Origin: Azolla caroliniana | Lineage: Eukaryota; Plantae; Polypodiophyta | DNA length: 55,707 nucleotides | Direction: 5' to 3' | Assembly (NCBI GenBank): GCA_043228905.1 | Contig: JBHGNT010000193.1 | Span: 1-55,707 of the forward strand | Shown: positions 22,372 to 36,739 of the stretch, one piece after another | Layout of the letters: the number at the start of each line of letters is the position of its first letter | How positions within the stretch are numbered: position 1 is the first letter of the stretch | The notes under the pieces: generated by a model | The model's input: the letters and a program-made list of their open reading frames with translations, nothing else | Told to the model about the DNA's origin: nothing | Databases searched by the model: none | Position numbers and translations under genes: made by a program

Positions 22372-24115
22372 TGTTATCCTCTGGGTACAGATAAAGAGAA
22401 GAATAGTATTAAAGATGAGTTCAACACAATCAACCCAATTGAAGCAAATTACAAGCATGGGTCTAAAAGGAAGAAATGGCATGGCATATCACCAAGCATG
22501 TTAGTTCCATGAATTCTACATAACGAATTAATGACATCTTTCTCTCTTTGATTTCATAACCAGAAGTTTGAATAGGAAAATCCTAGGGTTTTATCTCTAG
22601 TTAAAGCTTCAAGTTCTCCTTTTCTTACATGTGATGCATGCACAGCCCCGCCAATTTCCTTTTACAACAAGCTCGTTCTCAACATACTTGGACAATGGGG
22701 TATACCTTGTGTTGGTGGAAGATGTAGTAGTCAGCTTCATAACTATGGTATCAGCACGAATAGTTGTGCAAGGATTTTTTAAAGTTTTAGTTGGAATTTG
22801 CTTTCATAAACATGGTCTTAGCACAAATAGTTGCTCTATGCATCTAGCAACCTAATGAGCAAAAAGGGCATAGAGAAATTGCATGTATCACATTAGGGGT
22901 TCATTGACACGTAAGGAAACTAGTAAGTAAACAAATCGAAGCACCCACAATATTGTTGCTTCTTGTGTAACATGCAAATGATCATGATGCCATTGATCAT
23001 GGGCATCTAACCTCCATTTGTTGTAGCCATTCTTACGCCTAACCAACTGATTACAAGCAACTAAATGAGTGAGTGACCATAAGCATGTATGTTGGTACCA
23101 ATGTTTGAGATTGTTCTAGACAGCTAGAACAAATGTGTCTAGACACTAAGATCAAATTAGTAGGGGAATCTTGTCAAGTGAGAAAGGACCAATTTAGAGA
23201 ACCTTGTTGTTGACTGACTAAGTGCAAAGACCATACTAAGATGTAACATCTTTAGAAGTTTGTTCCCCAACATGGCCACCTATCATTGAGATCCAAGATC
23301 GGTGATGAAAAGACCACATCCTTGCTAATTGTATAGATCTCTCCCTTAGTTTGATTCCGAGTGTGCACTCACAATGTAGCTCCCATATCAAACAACATAT
23401 CTTTCTGACGACATCCTAATGGTTGTCATGTGACATGGTTCATTAATGGAATAAGTCAAATGTGGATCCAAAGTATTGGATATTTCCACAATCTAACTCA
23501 TCTATTATGCGCTTCTAAGTGCATGATAATGCATAATGCATGACAATTCAAGACATGGTACTCATTGTACTACGTGTGGGCATCTAGCAACAATTCATTG
23601 AAATGCACTATGTAGCAATGTTATCATCACCTAGGTTACCTCATCCTTACTCCCCATCACCAAGGCATGCACTTCAATTATGAGAAGAAAGAAAGAAGGA
23701 TTATGGGAGATGGTCTAATAAGGAGCAAACCATATCCTCTAGTTGTAGGAGGGTAAAATATGGTAATGATGTCATATGTCTTGGCTATAAGAAAAGAAAT
23801 TTCATACATACATACATACATTATTACAATTTACATATATATAAGTCTATAGATATATGATTTGCTTTAGAAAGGAAAAGAATGTCGCCTAGTTTTTTAA
23901 ACTTTTTGAGTTGGAGCTTCCCATGTATGTACTTACTATACATATTCATATTACAATGTAACTAGGGCACGTTCTTTACAGAACAAGAAGAGCATATGCC
24001 ATAACATATACACACAGAGTCATAGAAAGGAACAGAGCATTCCTCAAGGGCAGAGCAGTGCAGAGAGAGAGCGAGAGAGAGAGAAGCAGAAGCAGAAGCA
24101 GAAGCGACTGATAGT

Positions 24116-25117
24116 ATGGGTGGTGGTTTACAGGGTTTTGTGGAGGGCGGGATGGCGTCGGTTGCAGCCGGCTGTGCCACTCACCCCCTGGATCTGATTA
24201 AGGTCAGAATGCAACTCCAAGTATCACATCAGCCCTCCTTCACCGCCACCCATTCAGCCTTTGCCCTACAACCACAACCTTCTCAGCCTCTTCGTACTCC
24301 TCTCCACCCTTCTCCTTTTACACCTTACTCCTCCCACGGACCTTTCTCTATGGCCACCCGAATCATCCGCACAGAAGGTGTCCCCGCCCTCTTCTCCGGT
24401 GTCTCAGCAACCATTCTACGCCAAACCCTCTACTCTTCTACACGTTTAGGAATATATGAAACCCTCACCGCTTACACACGGACCTCCACCAACAACCCTC
24501 TTCCCCATTCTGGACAGACTATGAAATTAATGAAGAAGATAGGGGCAGGAATTATAGCTGGCGGTGTTGGTGCAGCCATAGGAAATCCTGCGGATGTGGC
24601 ATTAGTTCGAATGCAAGCCGATGGCCGGCTCCCATTTCATCTCCGACGGAACTATGCAGGAGTTGGTGATGCCCTCTTCACAATAGTTAAGCAAGAGGGG
24701 ATACACACACTGTGGAGGGGGTCCTCTCTCACCATCCAACGAGCCATGGTTGTTACTGCAGCCCAGCTCACCACCTATGATGAGGCAAAAGAACAGTTGT
24801 TAAGAAGCTCGGGGATGAAAGATGGAGTGCCTGTTCATATTGCTGCCAGTTTCTTGGCTGGCTTGGTTGCCTCAGCTGCTTCTAACCCGATTGATGTAAT
24901 CAAGACCCGAATCATGAATATGAAAAGCGAGTGTGGCCCAGGCTCACCGATAACTTGCGGTGCTTTAGATTGTGCTATTAAGACCGTGAAATTGGAGGGT
25001 TTCATGTCTCTTTATAAGGGCTTCACCCCCACCGTCATGAGGCAGGGTCCATACACTGTGGTGCTTTTTGTCACTCTAGAGCAGATTAGGAAGTTGTTTG
25101 GGCAGCCCTCATCTTGA
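24116..25117 (+). CDS. DIC: Mitochondrial dicarboxylate carrier (DIC / UCP4-6 type), intronless, 333 aa
   Basis: Three carrier signatures PLDLIKVRMQ, PADVALVRMQ, PIDVIKTRIM; FVEGG...THP, RQTLYS, ADGRLP...RRNY, RQGP motifs. Confidence 0.93.
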   Translation: MGGGLQGFVEGGMASVAAGCATHPLDLIKVRMQLQVSHQPSFTATHSAFALQPQPSQPLRTPLHPSPFTPYSSHGPFSMATRIIRTEGVPALFSGVSATILRQTLYSSTRLGIYETLTAYTRTSTNNPLPHSGQTMKLMKKIGAGIIAGGVGAAIGNPADVALVRMQADGRLPFHLRRNYAGVGDALFTIVKQEGIHTLWRGSSLTIQRAMVVTAAQLTTYDEAKEQLLRSSGMKDGVPVHIAASFLAGLVASAASNPIDVIKTRIMNMKSECGPGSPITCGALDCAIKTVKLEGFMSLYKGFTPTVMRQGPYTVVLFVTLEQIRKLFGQPSS

Positions 25118-26717
25118 TTTGGGAAGGGAACCTAGGGGTTCTGTGGATGAATTCATGTATACAATGAGGGATGTGTGCTTGTGGTGAATTCGTGCTTGTA
25201 TGCATAAAATTGTTTTTGTCACACACTTAGGAGGGTAGTTGTCTGAGCAATTCTCATCTTGAGTTGTGAAACGAACTTCAATGGATGGGTGGCTGCATGG
25301 GTGCATTCAATATGTGGACGTGTTCATGTATGCAAAGGGAGGGGTTTTGCACTTAAGTGAATTTATATCCATGTTTAAATGGATATATACATGTAGAAGG
25401 ATCCCATGTGTGAATGTATGGATGCATATTCATGCAGAGATGATAGAAGAAGAATGATAGACCGATTGCAGGATTCCTTTGAACATAACAAGTAGGTGTA
25501 GAAATAAACCCATCTTTATATTAAATCTGCAAGTTATGGCAATTTTGGCAGAGAGCCATAATAATAATCTGTTCATCCATTATTTGAAATATGAGCCACA
25601 TTGTAGATTCTTTTTCATGGACATGCCATGCAATACATGTACACCTTGGTATCTTCTTTGTCTATATTCCAGTACGTGTTATTGATAAAAAGCAATTGAT
25701 CAATAATGTTGGTTTTTGATTGGCAATGTGCGTGCATGCTCTCCCTGTAGGACATTGCACACTTCTCCAAGAGAATCTGCATCTTTTCCAATGGGTTGTA
25801 TGTTATGTTTGTGGAACTTTCTGATTGATGAGCTTGATGTCATCTATAACTGATTCTTTTAAACTTTAATTAACTTGGATACAAGAAATTTGAATGCTTA
25901 AGAATGAGAAACATTTCCAATAGAATAGTTTAATATCTTCTCTATGCTTCTCAAATGGAACACTTAGCACCATGATGTAAATTAACTTCTTATAGTGTAA
26001 TATCTTCTCTATGCTTCTCTGATGTAAATTAACTTGTTAGTGTGAGAAACTTGCAGAGAGCCATTTCATTTTCAACAATCACATTTTATCCAATGGGGTT
26101 TTGCTCTGTTTTGTTTACTCACTACAGATACCGAGATAACATAACAAGACCTGAAAACTAACATCTTCCAGATTCTCTAATTTCCAGACCCACACTCAGT
26201 TTGCTGTTAATTTTACCGAACTTCTAAAATGTGCCTGTGAACTTCCTGCTTTAAAGCACGGGCAACATTCGCATTACATAAAGAATGAAGAGCGGCCAGA
26301 TGCATTTTAAAAATTTTACATTTGCATTACCACTTTTTTCGCAACGGATGCACATAAATGTTGTATATAAAGAGACTGGATCCATATCCATCATTTGAAA
26401 ATTTCCTGTCCCCATTATGAAATGAGTTAAATCGAATACATATCAAAAAAATATCTACTTCTGAGGATAAATAAACTAATCCACAGCCTGTTTAAAATCC
26501 AGGACTTCTCAAGACTACAAGGATATGATAAGATACATTAGCTCTTATCGCTCAAAATATAGTTTGACCAATTTCTCATGAGAGGAAACATTCATGAACC
26601 CACGACCCCCTCTGAAACAGAACTTTCAGATGCCGATCCTCTGTAGGTGTGAAGACCCTTGCCAAGTAGAATAATAACAACAAGACTTCAACAGATTTTG
26701 CCTATTGATAGTCCCAG

Positions 26718-29700
26718 TCAATCACATTTTATATTCCTGTAGATTCGCCTCACAAACATGGAAGAACCCAAATAGCCAACAGCACCTATAGACAAGCAAA
26801 AGCCACATGATCAAGAAACAGAGAAATAACGTGTTTAATGGCTACCAGTAAAAACTTCACTCACCACAAAGAATTCCAAGGCCAAGGCAGAACATGAGTG
26901 TGTAGCCAAAATAAAAGCTCGTCTGAAAGAACCCTGTCATCTTGGTCTTCATGTAGTAATAGTAGATGGCGTACAGGTAAACATAAACAGAGGTGGATGC
27001 CGCGGACAAGAAGGATGTCCATTGCCAGTGATAGTTCTCAGCATTAAGAAGAAAGTATGTTCCCACGATAGTAACACAAATGGTGACAATTGTGAGTATT
27101 ACAAACACCAAGAGCATGAACCCATAAACATAATAAACCTGCAGCATAAACATAATAATCAACTTTATGCATGCAAAAAATGTTAAACATGATTAATCCA
27201 CAAAAACGTGAAGGTTTGCACACTGCTGCTACCTTGTAGTTCCAGAAGGATGTGAACACAAAGTACATCTCGATAAATATGCTTCCAAACGGCAATAATC
27301 CCCCCATCAGAGATATGACAGATGGTGTCAGATACCACTTCTTTTCAGGAATTGGACGAGGAATAGTTTTTACACGACAAGGGTTGTCTGGGGCACCAGA
27401 CCAGTTCCTACCAATCACGGTACCAAGTAATGCTAAAGGGAAAGAGATGAAGGCCCATATAACAAATACCACAACCTACAATAAAATCAAACTTAATAAA
27501 CCAGCCATCCTGTTGGTCAATGCAACAAATTAAACAGTGAAATCTGCATACCATGGTACCAAATGGAATGGCTGCTAATGAGTGGTAATAGATAGCTACG
27601 AAATTCAGCACAAAACCAATCCCAAAGCACATGAATGGGAAAAATGATGCCGTCAAAAGCATAGATTTAATCCAATACTTCCCTGTCAAGTGTGAATCAA
27701 GCAACTTAGATAACAATGGCAGAAATCACCTTAGTTGAATATGCAGAACTGCAATTTTAACAGAAATTTGTTTACCATCATTCTTTGAATAAAGACTGCC
27801 GCTCACATATCCAGCAATAAAGGATGTAAACGCATAGCAGACAATAAAAGCTGTGACAATTGCTCCCCTCCTGGGATGGAAAAAAGCCAACACTTTCAGC
27901 TATGAACTATCAGTATTAAAGTTTATTAACTGTTTCTTTGCATCATCAGAAAACTAACTGGCAAAAGACAACACGGCCTTGACACTACTTTATGCTGGGT
28001 CTGCTGGCAATCAGGGATATATCACATTCTAATTCAAGAGCAATGGACTATCACATAATACAACTAAATGATATTAAAGCACGTCTTTGGAATGTCGGAA
28101 ACATATGAATACATGGCATGGAGGGTTGGGGCTGTGTACTAAGACTCGTGACACTTTACTTCTTTGGAGAGTAAGACTCATGCATGGATTTCACAGGCTT
28201 TATTACCCTTGGTTATGAGAATTCTTAATAAAAAAATTGGGGCCGTTGTATACCACTTAAATCAGCTGGCCTTACAAAAATTTATGAACAGGAGTTTCCA
28301 AATTCAAAGTTCAGACTGATAACCTTATTCATACCTCTTTACAATACTTCTTTTCTTTTGTCAACATTAATAAATCTCAATTAGCAATAGTATTAAGTTG
28401 GTTGAAGTAAATATCAGGATTTATAGAACATACCCAACATAAAGCATCCCGACTATTGCCAGCAAGATAACCACAAAAATGAGTGCTGTGAGTTGAGCAC
28501 CTGTTCCGATCAGAGCTGACAGTAGGACTAGATGTCGAGGTGACCTGAAAACATCACCATGCACAAGCTTCCAGCCAGATTCTTCATTGACATCTCTTTC
28601 CTAGTTTAAAAAAAAGTAACAATTAAACCTGTAGGCATGTGATTGCTATTTACAGCAAAAACAATGTTCTACAAAAGATCATTACCAGTGAATCCAGATC
28701 ATCTTCTTCTCTAGCATACTTAGCATAATCATTGCGTAAAGTCCTCATCAGGATCATTGATACCAAACCAGTTAGAAATATGACCATCATAAAGGAGTTG
28801 AATATTGAGAACCAATGAATCTGAAAAGCATAATAAAGTTGGTTAATGAATGAAGGCAAAGCAAAAAAATGGTATGCACAAATAAAATATCACAAAAAAA
28901 CATAATAGCTAAAAGACAAAAGGAATTGAAAAGGAAGAGCACATATGGAGAAGACGCAAACAACTTCCATAGAAATACAGAACGTCATCCATCATTAAAC
29001 CTAGCTAAGACTGGACACTCAATGGCCTGTAATATCTTATTGGCTGTAGGTGGCAAGGAAAACTTTATAAAATAGAAAACATAATTCTCCCAATGTCATT
29101 TGCAACCATGCATGATAGCTCCTGCCAACAGAGATGTAGTTTAGCACTTACAAGTCTCCATAAGAAAACAGCTGTTTCTTAATTTCAAGGTCAGGCAATC
29201 AAAATAGGAGTGACTAGGAAGAAATGCCTAAACAAAGTTATGAGAACTGGGGCAGCTAGAATTCATGATAGAACCATTCAAACTATCTTGCCACAAACAA
29301 GAACTCTGTCATGGTTGTGGGAAGCACTAGAAATCCTATAAGTAACTTAGCTATTACATTTTGCAGCAATCTGCAAAAGATTGATGAGATAAAGAGTTGC
29401 TTCAAAAACTCAGAAAGAAACAAATTCATGTGAATTTACAGTCTTTGGACTCCAGATAAAAAAGTAGAAAAGTAGAAAGGAACCAAACTGTTCACATGCA
29501 TATATATTGGAAGTCCATCTAAATGAAATAACACAGAAGAAAGCAACGCCTAATGTAAAAAGTATTATTTTATATGGTCAAATCTATAGTGCAGTTGATG
29601 TATGTATGCACAGCCATTTTTCTGCTGGAGTTTAGTAAATACAGCAGTTTCAATGATTCCACCTGTAGAGAGAGGTTATATAAAATCCACCAAAAACCAA

Positions 29701-32700
29701 AATCACAAATGACTAGGAGTATGCGTAATCATACCTGGTGCTCAAAGAAAGGATAATCCAAGTATGCATCAAACCGCCTAGCAAATGATATGTCTGTCTC
29801 CAACCAAGTTACTGAATAGGTGAATTCCAGGGATTTCCCAGGAACCAATCGTACTGGACTGTCTTGTGTAAGATTGACTTGAATGATCTGTTTTGATACA
29901 GGCAATCCACCTCATTTACATGCCTCATGAACACCTATATCATCTTTAACATCATTTACAATACCTGGTTGTTGTTGTATTTGATAACAAAATTCTTATG
30001 AGTATAAAGAAGATGCTTTGAATCGTCATTCTTTCCAGGATGATATTCACCAACAAATCCTGTAAAATCAAGCACCCATCCATAAGTATTGTTCTAATAT
30101 TAATTTTAGAAAACAGAGAAATATATAGTTGACATACTATATGTACATACCCCACAGAGGCAGATCATCTGCAGAAACAGGCATCATTGCAGAAGATCAT
30201 TCACCAAAAGATATAATAAGTAGCTTTCAATTGAAAACAAATATAATTGAAAGAATGGCAGGCATTTGTTCAATTTCATACCCATAAAAAATTCAAACCA
30301 GTAAGTATTTTCGATGGCATCCTTAAATGCTTGAACATTTCCATTATCCGGTTCAAGCTTACATATTGTAACCCTTTCAACATCCCCTATAATCCATGCA
30401 CAGTGTTAACATTAGCCGGATGAAATACATTCTCTTTGACAGAAATTAAATTTAAAAATCTAAAGAACGGATCTCACGTTTGAATTTTATGTCGATTTGA
30501 CTGTCAATGAGCTCATTTCCTTCCAAGACCTCACCTAGTCCACCCCACTTATGAACAGGATTCTCATTTCCTGATGAGCAGAATGGTAAACTATAGTAAT
30601 TGTAAGTCTCTTGAGGATTGTAGTATGGCCCAACCTTATTAACCCACAGTGCCACACGCTCTTGATCTGTATACTGGAAGAAGAGATTCAACTTGTTACT
30701 TACATTACTTACAATGAGAATTCAGTGTGTTCTAGCACATAAGTAATTATCCATCCAAGGAACTCCCGATTAATTTACAAAGTAGACATCTAGTTATCTA
30801 TGTTGCATTCATGAAGTGAAGGGAACATCAATCCTAGTGCTCCAGAGTGAGATTAATTTAGTCAATCACGCTGATTGTGTAACATTACATTCAACAATTC
30901 TTTAAATGCACTTACATGTTAAATATGTAAAATGTATACACATCTAGGAGACTGCAAATCTGGACCTTGACATCCATCTTCTTTTCAAAAACTTAGCATA
31001 TATAAAGGAGGGGATTTAAGATAGATTGTCTTCCATTTTTACTCCATCCAAGCATCGTAAGGGGCTCACAAGACCCTCTTCCATTTATAATCCATGAGAT
31101 GGCATTCAAATAATAAATCGCAGCTATTATCCTTTCAATTCAGACATCTGTTTAAAGGTACCTGGCTCAATCAATGCACATACACAAGATTCGACAAGAA
31201 ACTCCAGGTTTAGTATCATGCATTGTCATCCAGACAATTCAATTATCATAAAATTCAGATACTATCCAGGTACAGGTTTGGAGATACAGATCAAGGGATT
31301 CATTAAGAAAATATTCCACGTTTAGTCCACGAAATAGCATGTGTACAATGCTCTATACATAAATGCCAAATACATTGTATATACAGATCTTAGTTTGAAG
31401 ATCCACATCAAGGGATTCACCATGAACATGTTTCCATTTCTAGTCCACGAAATGGCATAAATTCGTACAATGATCTATGCACAAATGTCATTCCACATAT
31501 TCTATCAGATATTATTTGGGGCTCTCTGCCACTACAGAACTGAGACTGAGGTACTTGACATTCTTCTTGAGCAATGATTCAGGCATGTTTGGAAATCATG
31601 CTCACAACATCTCAACACACAAGCTCAAAACTTCTGATAAACATGTAAAAATGTACACATATAGGAGACCAAAACTATGGCTAGCAATCATCTTAATTTT
31701 GTGAAGTGGGGCCTCTTCCTACACTATAGCTCTCATAAGAATGAAAATTCTGCAAGATCTTATGCTCATTGACAGAGACTCCATCTTTTTTCCGGTTTTG
31801 ACAATTTAAAAACACTATTGTCTATAGGAGCCTAACATTTCTGTTAATAAGCTCTGCCTACAGTTACACCTGTCACAAATGCAAAAGTTCGGCAAGATCT
31901 GAAGCTCAGTCATCAAAGAAAATTTGTTTCTTAATCTTTAAAAACATTTGCTCATAAGATCTCAACGCATATCTGAATGCTTCTGAAAAACTATGCCTAT
32001 ATTTTATCCACAAGATATGAAGCTCAGTGGAATAGAATCATTCACTGATCAAAATAAAATTGTTTCTTGAGCAAAGATTTTGACTCTTTCAGGACTATCG
32101 CTCATAGGAGGTCAATCCAAAAGTTGAGGCCTTCTAAAAAACTGTCTACATTACAACAACAAGATCTGAAAATTAGTGAGAGCTTTGGCAAAACTATGCC
32201 TACGTTATATCCACAAGATATGAAGCTCAGTGGAAGAGACTCTGTCTCTGAACAAAGAAAATTTGTTCCTTGACCAAAGATTTAGACTCTTTCAAAACTC
32301 TTGCGCATAAAAGCTCAGTACAGAAGTTGACGACTTCAGAAAAACTGTGTCTGCATTACATCTGCAAGATCTGAAGCTCAGTAAAAGAGAATCTTTCCCT
32401 GATCTTAGAAAAGATTTAGATCTTGCAAAATAGTCTTGCTCGCAGAAACTCAACGATTCTAAGAATAAGCTCTATGTTGAGTTAAATCTGTCGTGAGAAA
32501 GGACACTTTTGCAAGATCTGAAGGTCAGGGAAAGAGAATACTTCCCTGAGAATGATTTAAAATATTTTTGTTCACGGGAGCTCAAAGTTTCTGATATTAA
32601 GCTCTCCATTTGGTTAAATCTGTCGTAAGAACGAAGAATTTTCGCAAGATCTGAAGTTCAGTTAAAGAGAGTCTTCTCCTAATCAGATCTTGTTCAGGAA

Positions 32701-33011
32701 TCAGAATCTAAGCAGCATTCTTCCAATAAGAATGATCAAATGTTACAGTGAAGCAGAAATCCAGCGGGTTTTACCTCATGAATAAGACAATCGAAGTCTC
32801 AATCTTCCAAGGGAGGAGTTCGAGTAGCGCGACAGAGAGATGAGAAAAAATAAACAAGCTAAATTTACAGGCAGAAGTAGAAGAAACCTCAACTTACCCT
32901 GTGGTCGTATTCTCCCGCAGAAACACCGTCCAAAAAGTGGAGGAGGAGAAGGAGAAGGAGAAGGAGAAGATGAAGGGAAGAGAAGGTGAGGTGCGATCGG
33001 GATGGGAGCAT
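26718..33011 (-). CDS. TMN1: Transmembrane 9 superfamily member (TMN1/EMP12, TM9SF3-like), 13 exons, about 597 aa
   Basis: Exons 32898-33011, 30478-30673, 30282-30386, 30151-30168, 29965-30059, 29735-29887, 28686-28820, 28434-28600, 27776-27870, 27552-27682, 27233-27475, 26865-27138, 26718-26785; total 1794 nt. Signal peptide, [34 protein letters not shown]-terminal IKCD. Confidence 0.95.
31740..32700. repeat. Degenerate tandem array in TMN1 intron 1 with core GCAAGATCTGAAGCTCAG
   Basis: Core or close variant near 31752, 31892, 32011, 32159, 32214, 32364, 32511 and 32644. Confidence 0.75.
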
Positions 33012-33313
33012 GGCGAGCGATCTTCTCCGTATCTCTTTCTTCGGCTACAGAAAACCCTAAAGAGAAGGCAGTAGCGGGTAGGGAGAGAGAGAGTTCTTCT
33101 TCTTCTTCTTCTTCTTCTTCCCTTCGTCTTCTGCAGAAAAACGTGCTATCGTGCGCCAAAGCTATGGTAGAAAGTAAAAATAAACAACACAGATAATAAT
33201 AATTTCTCGATTTTCTTTCTCTCTCTGTTTTCTTCAAAACTTTTTCTTTCTTTTTCTTCTTCTTCTTCTTCGTTTTTAACGTACTTGTTGTTGTAACTTG
33301 TTACTAAGGCAAG

Positions 33314-33570
33314 GAAGACGTGTGTGTGCTCCTCAATCTAGCAACTCTCTTCTGGTTCCACGGGACGAGAACAAGAATAGTTCTGGGTTCCCTCGGCCAC
33401 GAAGACATGTGCGCTCTATCTAGCAACTCTCTTCTGGTTCCACGGAACGAGAACAAGAATAATAGTGCCGAGTATCTCAGCCCGTGAAGTCGCGTGTTCT
33501 CTCCATCTAGTAACTCTCTTCTGGTTCCACGAGACGAGAACACGGAATAGCCCCAAGTCCCTTGGCCACG
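33314..33570. repeat. Three-copy 82-87 bp minisatellite upstream of TMN1
   Basis: Core atctag(c/t)aactctcttctggttccacg..acgagaaca at 33336, 33418 and 33505. Confidence 0.9.
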
Positions 33571-34082
33571 CCCGCCACCACCGACTTTTCGTCCACTTCT
33601 TTGTATGTATCTTCCCCACATGCTAACTCTACGTACGTACGTACATACATACTAACAATGTGCAATCTATGAAGCATCTCATCCAATGACGGGCCAGGAA
33701 AGTCACTAAGATAGCGATGATCATGCTTTGTTCGCAAACTGCGGTCTGGAAGAGCATCTCAACGTCGCATCATCACACTTGAACACATGCCAACACTAAA
33801 GAGCCGTGTTACTAGAAGAAAAACCAAGTGCATGTGTTTTTACTACACACACCTCACATCACAATACGAAGCAAATGTTTCAATGGTAATTCATCATTCT
33901 ACACTCATGAGTGTCAGTTTCTTAATACTTTTAGAGGCAGCCCTCTATATCTAGCTTTGTTCTACTCCCCTTCTAGCTCAAAAATGCGTTAACAATAAAC
34001 TTGATAATTGTTGTTTTTATTAATTTCATGTTTCCCTTAAAGCTCTTATTTGCCAAATTTCAACCTTTCACCATATCCCATT

Positions 34083-34725
34083 CATAGATTGACACATGCG
34101 TGATATTCGTGATATTCTCCATGCGCAATATTCTCAATATTCGAGAATACAAAATGGCCCCAAGAATATTAAAAAACCATTCGTTTTGTAAAATAAATAT
34201 AAAAAATTATTTATTTATTTAAATAAATGTATTTCACCAAAAAAAAACAATTATTCATTAATAGATTATAGTGTCAAGAGAGTTTATGAAACTTATTTTA
34301 ATTAATTAATTTTTTTAAAACTAATATTTTTATATTTATTATACAAATATGATTAGTATGAACTTTGAAGATATGATTAGTTTGAAGTACCATTTTTAAT
34401 GTCAAGATAAAAATATCCATAAATTTTGAGGAAATAAAAAGTGAGAAATTAATGAGCCTTTATTTTATTTATTTTATTTATTAAAAATAAAACGACTATA
34501 CATTTATTATAAAATTTTAGTAGTGTCAAGTCCCCAAAGTCACTCTTTTATTATCCTTATTTATTGTTAAGTTCTTTTTTTTTTATCTTAGGAAATTTTA
34601 AAAACAAAAGTTTTTTTTTTTTTTGGGGAGGGGGGTGGGTTAAACGAATACTTGACTACCCATTCGTATTCGTATTCGTTTGCATTCGAATGGGAACCCC
34701 ACGAATGCGAATATGTCAATCTATG
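34083..34725. mobile_element. Non-autonomous hAT-type DNA transposon (MITE), 643 bp
   Basis: 12-bp TIR CATAGATTGACA...TGTCAATCTATG; perfect 8-bp TSD ATCCCATT at 34075-34082 and 34726-34733; subterminal TATTCG-like repeats; AT-rich core. Confidence 0.92.
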
Positions 34726-36680
34726 ATCCCATTTATACATGATCCCTTTCTACAACCCTTCTTCTTGAAATAACAGAAATAACTTCTCTCGGGAAAGCAA
34801 TATATTTCTTACTTGAATGGTGAATGCAATATTGTGACCATAACATTCGTCAAAGGAAGTGCACATATACATTTTCGGCTAGCTAGATGCCCAATCTTCA
34901 TCAACATGTAAGACACATTGTTATATAGGGGTTATCTATCACACCAAGGTGTACAATGATGGAAGTACAACATGTAGAGGAATTTGACTAGAATAAAATT
35001 ACAACTAATTAGCTAGTTAAAATGCCAAATACTAGAAATTGAATTGATACTTTTGAAACAAAGGTTAACCATGCACATGTACGAGCTCCCATGAATGCAA
35101 GGACATAGAAGTACTCTTAACTTAAAGACATGGGATTTAATGGTGAAGTTGCATTCAATGCATCACCTCCATTGTACTATGATCTCCACAACAAACTTAA
35201 AGATGACTAAGGAATTCGACCATGTTTTTGGCGGTTTAGTTGTGCCACCGTCATCAACAACGATGATAACCGTGTTGTGCATCAAAATCGAAGAAAAGTG
35301 TGACTTGAAGTATGTGAAGGGACCATCTAACAATGGAGAGAAACAATCCTTTAGGGATTGGTTGAACCTCATCAACAAATGAGCCAACAATGTCCAAATG
35401 AGAGCCTAACACATAATGGAAGAGGAAAATTAATGGACTCAACCAAGCACTTCTTTTTAATCACATTTACAACTATATTTGTTTGAGTCCAATCCTACAT
35501 ATTTTCTCTCGTTATTGTCCCGTCTCATCATCACCCCTTCATCATCCTATGGAGGAAAAGGTTACAAAAAAATCTGCCAAGGATCAACATCAATTCTTTG
35601 AAAACTTGGCATTTGAGTTAAGGACAAAAAATGGGCAATTGCATGGAACTTGACTCGCTTGGAAGTTTATATCCGAAATTCTAATTGTACTAAAATGCAT
35701 CGACGGCATGGGTCAATGACCCTACCAAAAGTTTCACGTATACCTTTGAGGACTAGACACTCCATATGATGCCAAATTGTCACATTGGTTATCAAAGAAA
35801 GCAAGCAATGTTGGCCCATGAGATAGTAACTCTATGAGAGCAAGTCATCCAATTGAAGTTGGAAGTGAAATGGATAATACGAGCAGGGCAGTATTGGGGG
35901 CAAATATGCTAAGAAGGAAATAGTTGAGATATGGACCATACTTATACCTCCTTGCACATGATATTCAAGTAATTAGAGAACCATTGTAAGTGGCTAAAGT
36001 AAAACTAACCAAATCAACCTTGCTTGAGAATTGTCGAGATGGAGAACATATCACAAGTGTAAGATAATACTTCAGTAAATAAAATCACCTTGTTTTTAGT
36101 TGAGAATGTGTTGTGTGGTGCTTTTATTTTTTTCTAGATAATCAAGTACCAAGTGGTCATGACTACAACTAGGGCACAATGTGTTATGTACAACTAAGTC
36201 TTGCACAACCATGTATTAGAACCAAACAACTAAGTCGTGTACAATGCGTCATGAGGAAGTAGATGGTCAATTGGTGGTAGGATATTAGGAGGAATACTTT
36301 GTGGAGCTCTAGGAGGTGACATAGGTGTTGCATGTATGGTTTCTGGGCAACTCTCCTAGTGGTGCCTTCCAATAGTTCTTAGGGCTATGTGATATGAATG
36401 CCTTACAACAGTTGTGAAATTGTGTAGTGCACTGATGCAATAATGGACATTCATGCCAATGTGGTGGTCTAACGGAGAACATATGTGTAGGTTATGTAGT
36501 TTTCGTGCAAACACCAAAACATGTTTATGAACAGATAAAGTTTTACCTCCATGTTGATATAATTGAGAATAAGGATTCAGACCAATGTTTACCTTGGAGT
36601 GGTTGTCAATCACCCTCGAGGCTCTAGCTTCACAAACATAATCTAACTCGCGCACACACACACACTCTCTCTCATGCATC

Positions 36681-36715
<35 letters not shown>

Positions 36716-36739
36716 TAGAATATTATCACTTAGAAACAT

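Noticed and set aside
33314-33570. CRISPR-like repeat-spacer pattern
   Set aside because: Eukaryotic context, no cas genes, only three units, and the spacers resemble each other.
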